DNA of 64,000 bases. Origin: an uncultured Gammaproteobacteria bacterium. Lineage in GTDB: Bacteria; Patescibacteriota; Microgenomatia; Levybacterales; UBA12049. This document shows, in pieces, positions 62,520 through 64,000 of this stretch (position 1 is the first letter of the stretch; the number at the start of each line of letters is the position of its first letter). Under the pieces are notes generated by a model. That model was not told the DNA's origin. It worked only from the letters and a program-made list of their open reading frames with translations, and did not search any database. Both the position numbers and the translations under genes were made by a program. The DNA lies in contig CAYRJZ010000001.1 in the NCBI GenBank assembly GCA_964424775.1, forward strand, positions 204,748-268,747, in the 5' to 3' direction.

Positions 62520-63075
62520 AGCTTGAGCGGATTTCGTTCGAGTCAGGGGGATTTTTGGGGTCAGATGGTGACTCCTGTCGTTTTACGCAAGGAGAATCCT
62601 GCGTGGCATCTCAGAGAACGCTCGTGATCGTCAAGCCGGACGCGTTTTCACACTTTCGGAGAATCAGGTACCTGCTCTGTGAAGATGGATTCAAGGTCAT
62701 CAAGTACAACGTCGCCCGGTTGTCGAGAGAACAGGCCGAGGCGCTGTACGCCGAGCATAAGGGGAAGGACTTCTTTGAAGGCATGATTGCCTTCATGATG
62801 GAAGGTCCTGTCTTCCTGATGGTTCTGGAGGGCGAGGAGGCCATCCGCAAGACCCGCGAGCGAATCGGGAACACGTATCCTGAGAAGGCGGCGGAGGGGA
62901 CGATCCGTAAACTGTTCGGTACGCCGAACAGCCAACCGACCCGCAATGCGGTTCATGCCTCAGACAGCGAGGTTTCGGCACTGCGTGAGATCGCGATCTT
63001 CTACCCAGAGCTCGTCTAGGGCTCATCTGACCTTGCTCCTCCTCCCTGCCACATGGTAGGGGGGAGGACAGTCAC
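62520..63075. other. high-GC (~58%) island in a ~37% GC genome
   Basis: Abrupt compositional shift visible by eye (gcggatttcgttcgagtcaggggg ... ggtaggggggaggacag). Many long shadow ORFs on the opposite strand typical of GC-rich DNA. Returns to AT-rich flanks on both sides. Confidence 0.8.
62603..63019 (+). CDS. ndk: nucleoside diphosphate kinase, encoded within the GC-rich island
   Basis: SD AAGGAG at 62589-94, then GTG at 62603 (the track uses TTG at 62555 in the same frame). (M)ASQRTLVIVKPDAF...YAEHKGKDFFEGMIAFMMEGPVFLMVLEGEEAIRKTRERIGNTYP...NAVHASDSEVSALREIAIFF, an NDK fold with the catalytic His in the HxSDS motif. Confidence 0.75.
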   Translation: MASQRTLVIVKPDAFSHFRRIRYLLCEDGFKVIKYNVARLSREQAEALYAEHKGKDFFEGMIAFMMEGPVFLMVLEGEEAIRKTRERIGNTYPEKAAEGTIRKLFGTPNSQPTRNAVHASDSEVSALREIAIFYPELV

Positions 63076-63084
63076 ACGAAAGAT

Positions 63085-63744
63085 TTATTCGATAATAACA
63101 CTCAGGATCGTATCTCCAATTTCTATTTTTTCAACAACGTCCATTCCCTCAGTAACAATACCGAAATTAGTGTATTGATTGTTCAGGTGAGAAGATTCTT
63201 CTTTCGTAATAAAGAATTGTGAGTCATTTGAGATTTGGATATTACCACCTCGAGCTACACCAAGTGAGCCTTTTACAAACGGTTTATCATTTATCTCTGT
63301 TTGGATGTTTCCTCCTCCTGTGCCATTTCCTTCTGGATCTCCTCCTTGTATGACCCATCCTTCCACCCGATGAAAGGTTAAGTTGTTATAAAATTCTTCT
63401 TTTGATTTTTTAATAAAGTTAGCGACTGTATACGGAGCATCATCACCAAAAAGCTGTAAGACTATTTTGCCTTTATTTGTTTCAATAGTCGCAGTTGCTG
63501 AGGCTGTTTTAAATTTTTCTAAAGTAGATCTATTGACAACTTGAACTGACTGTTCCTGTTGTTGTCCTTGGCTTTGTCCACGAGTTGGGACGAATGTAAT
63601 TTGATCAGGGATTTGAGATATTGAGACTTGTCCTTTTGGAGCAGTATTAAGACCGAGGGTTCCTGCCTGGGTTATATAGAAAAGGACACCAAAGATAAGG
63701 ATGATAACAAGAAAGATGGTGATCTGGAGCTTATTCATATCCAC
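63085..63744 (-). CDS. cyclophilin-type peptidyl-prolyl cis-trans isomerase with N-terminal membrane anchor
   Basis: KGKIVLQLFGDDAPYTVANFIKKSKEEFYNNLTFHRVEGWVIQGGDPEGNGTGGG. Confidence 0.85.
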   Translation of the reverse strand: MDMNKLQITIFLVIILIFGVLFYITQAGTLGLNTAPKGQVSISQIPDQITFVPTRGQSQGQQQEQSVQVVNRSTLEKFKTASATATIETNKGKIVLQLFGDDAPYTVANFIKKSKEEFYNNLTFHRVEGWVIQGGDPEGNGTGGGNIQTEINDKPFVKGSLGVARGGNIQISNDSQFFITKEESSHLNNQYTNFGIVTEGMDVVEKIEIGDTILSVIIE

Positions 63745-63831
63745 TATTGTAACAATTTTTCTTGATTTAACAAGATAAAAATAGAGTAATTTTTTGCCTT
63801 AGGAGTCCCAATCAGGTACAATACGGAGGCT

Positions 63832-64000
63832 ATGAATCAATCCCACATCAGAAATTTTGCCATTATTGCACATATCGATCACGGGAAATCAACGTTATCA
63901 GATAGACTTTTAGAAATAACGCATACGATTTCTAAGGAAAAGCTTCAAGAACAGTTCTTGGATCAGAATCCTATTAGTCGTGAGCGTGGCATTACGATCA
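63832..64000 (+). CDS. lepA: elongation factor 4 (LepA), N-terminal part, continues past the window
   Basis: [56 protein letters not shown]. Preceded by TTGCCT-17-TACAAT and a GGAGG SD. Confidence 0.85.
   Translation, partial: MNQSHIRNFAIIAHIDHGKSTLSDRLLEITHTISKEKLQEQFLDQNPISRERGITI

Noticed and set aside
62521-62560. Possible tRNA 3'-end remnant (cgttcgagtcaggggg resembles a T-arm GTTCGAGTCC) at the left edge of the GC island, as an integration att site
   Set aside because: I could not fold a convincing T-stem/acceptor stem by eye and no full tRNA is present. It is left as a note only. A tRNAscan-SE/Infernal run on 62400-62620 would settle it.
62611-63026. Three overlapping minus-strand ORFs (111, 102 and 77 aa) across the ndk gene
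   Set aside because: They are a by-product of the stop-codon paucity of the GC-rich island. They are Arg/Pro/Gly-rich with no recognisable domains. ndk on the plus strand fully explains the region.
62520-63075. GC-rich island as assembly chimera or contamination
   Set aside because: Not excluded, but judged less likely. The insert is a single intact gene with its own SD. It is flanked on both sides, within about 30 bp, by host-composition DNA carrying in-frame host genes. This can only be settled with read-level evidence.
1-64000. CRISPR arrays, rRNA, tRNA, IS elements, toxin-antitoxin or restriction-modification genes
   Set aside because: No short direct-repeat/spacer periodicity, no rRNA-like conserved stretches, and no transposase or integrase motifs were seen on either strand. 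All intergenic regions over 80 nt were inspected. tRNAs are hard to exclude by eye.

Overview
This is a low-GC (~36-38%), gene-dense bacterial chromosomal window of 64 kb with about 55 CDS, short intergenic regions and many overlapping starts and stops. Several markers suggest a reduced-genome lineage of the Candidate Phyla Radiation / Patescibacteria type. These are a class-I lysyl-tRNA synthetase, a short IF-2 that begins at the G domain, a short HrcA, an AlaRS that ends after the editing domain, and a Lon ATPase that stops before the peptidase domain. They also include a VanW-like protein, sortase, PEGA/SH3b surface proteins, TPTPT linkers and long low-complexity tails on housekeeping proteins. 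That lineage assignment is an inference from gene content, not a computed placement. The backbone is housekeeping. On the plus strand it holds a sugar-type ABC solute-binding protein, greA, murB, lysK, the hrcA-grpE-dnaK-dnaJ operon with a CIRCE operator, clpC, nusA-infB-rpsO-pnp, a Lon-like ATPase, RNase J, ftsK, a rodZ-like gene and a ytxG/ytxH-like pair. On the minus strand it holds mltG, a nucleoside phosphorylase, sortase, alaS, metG and tatD. It ends with rpoB-rpoC-rpsL-rpsG, a cyclophilin and lepA. Accessory or unusual content is listed here. (1) A two-gene membrane module at 22.7-27.3 kb: a 97-aa two-TM protein plus a 1419-aa secreted multi-pass protein whose C-terminal ~1000 aa is a tandem duplicated module built from ~35-aa helical repeats. 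(2) A downstream string of ClpC, a small membrane protein, a membrane-anchored Clp paralog with a dead NBD1 and intact NBD2, and a membrane-anchored extracytoplasmic vWA protein. (3) A minus-strand envelope-glycan cluster: a UbiA-family DPPR-synthase-like prenyl-phosphate phosphoribosyltransferase, a MraY/WecA family phosphotransferase, a GT-C (ArnT/PMT-like) glycosyltransferase and a processive GT2 synthase. (4) An adjacent GNAT-like and HDAC-family pair reminiscent of AcuA/AcuC. (5) A LysRS-I fused to a PheT-type B3/4 domain. (6) A ~560-bp high-GC (~58%) island carrying only an ndk gene, inserted between rpsG and ppiB where fusA normally sits. No rRNA, tRNA or CRISPR array was recognised by eye.
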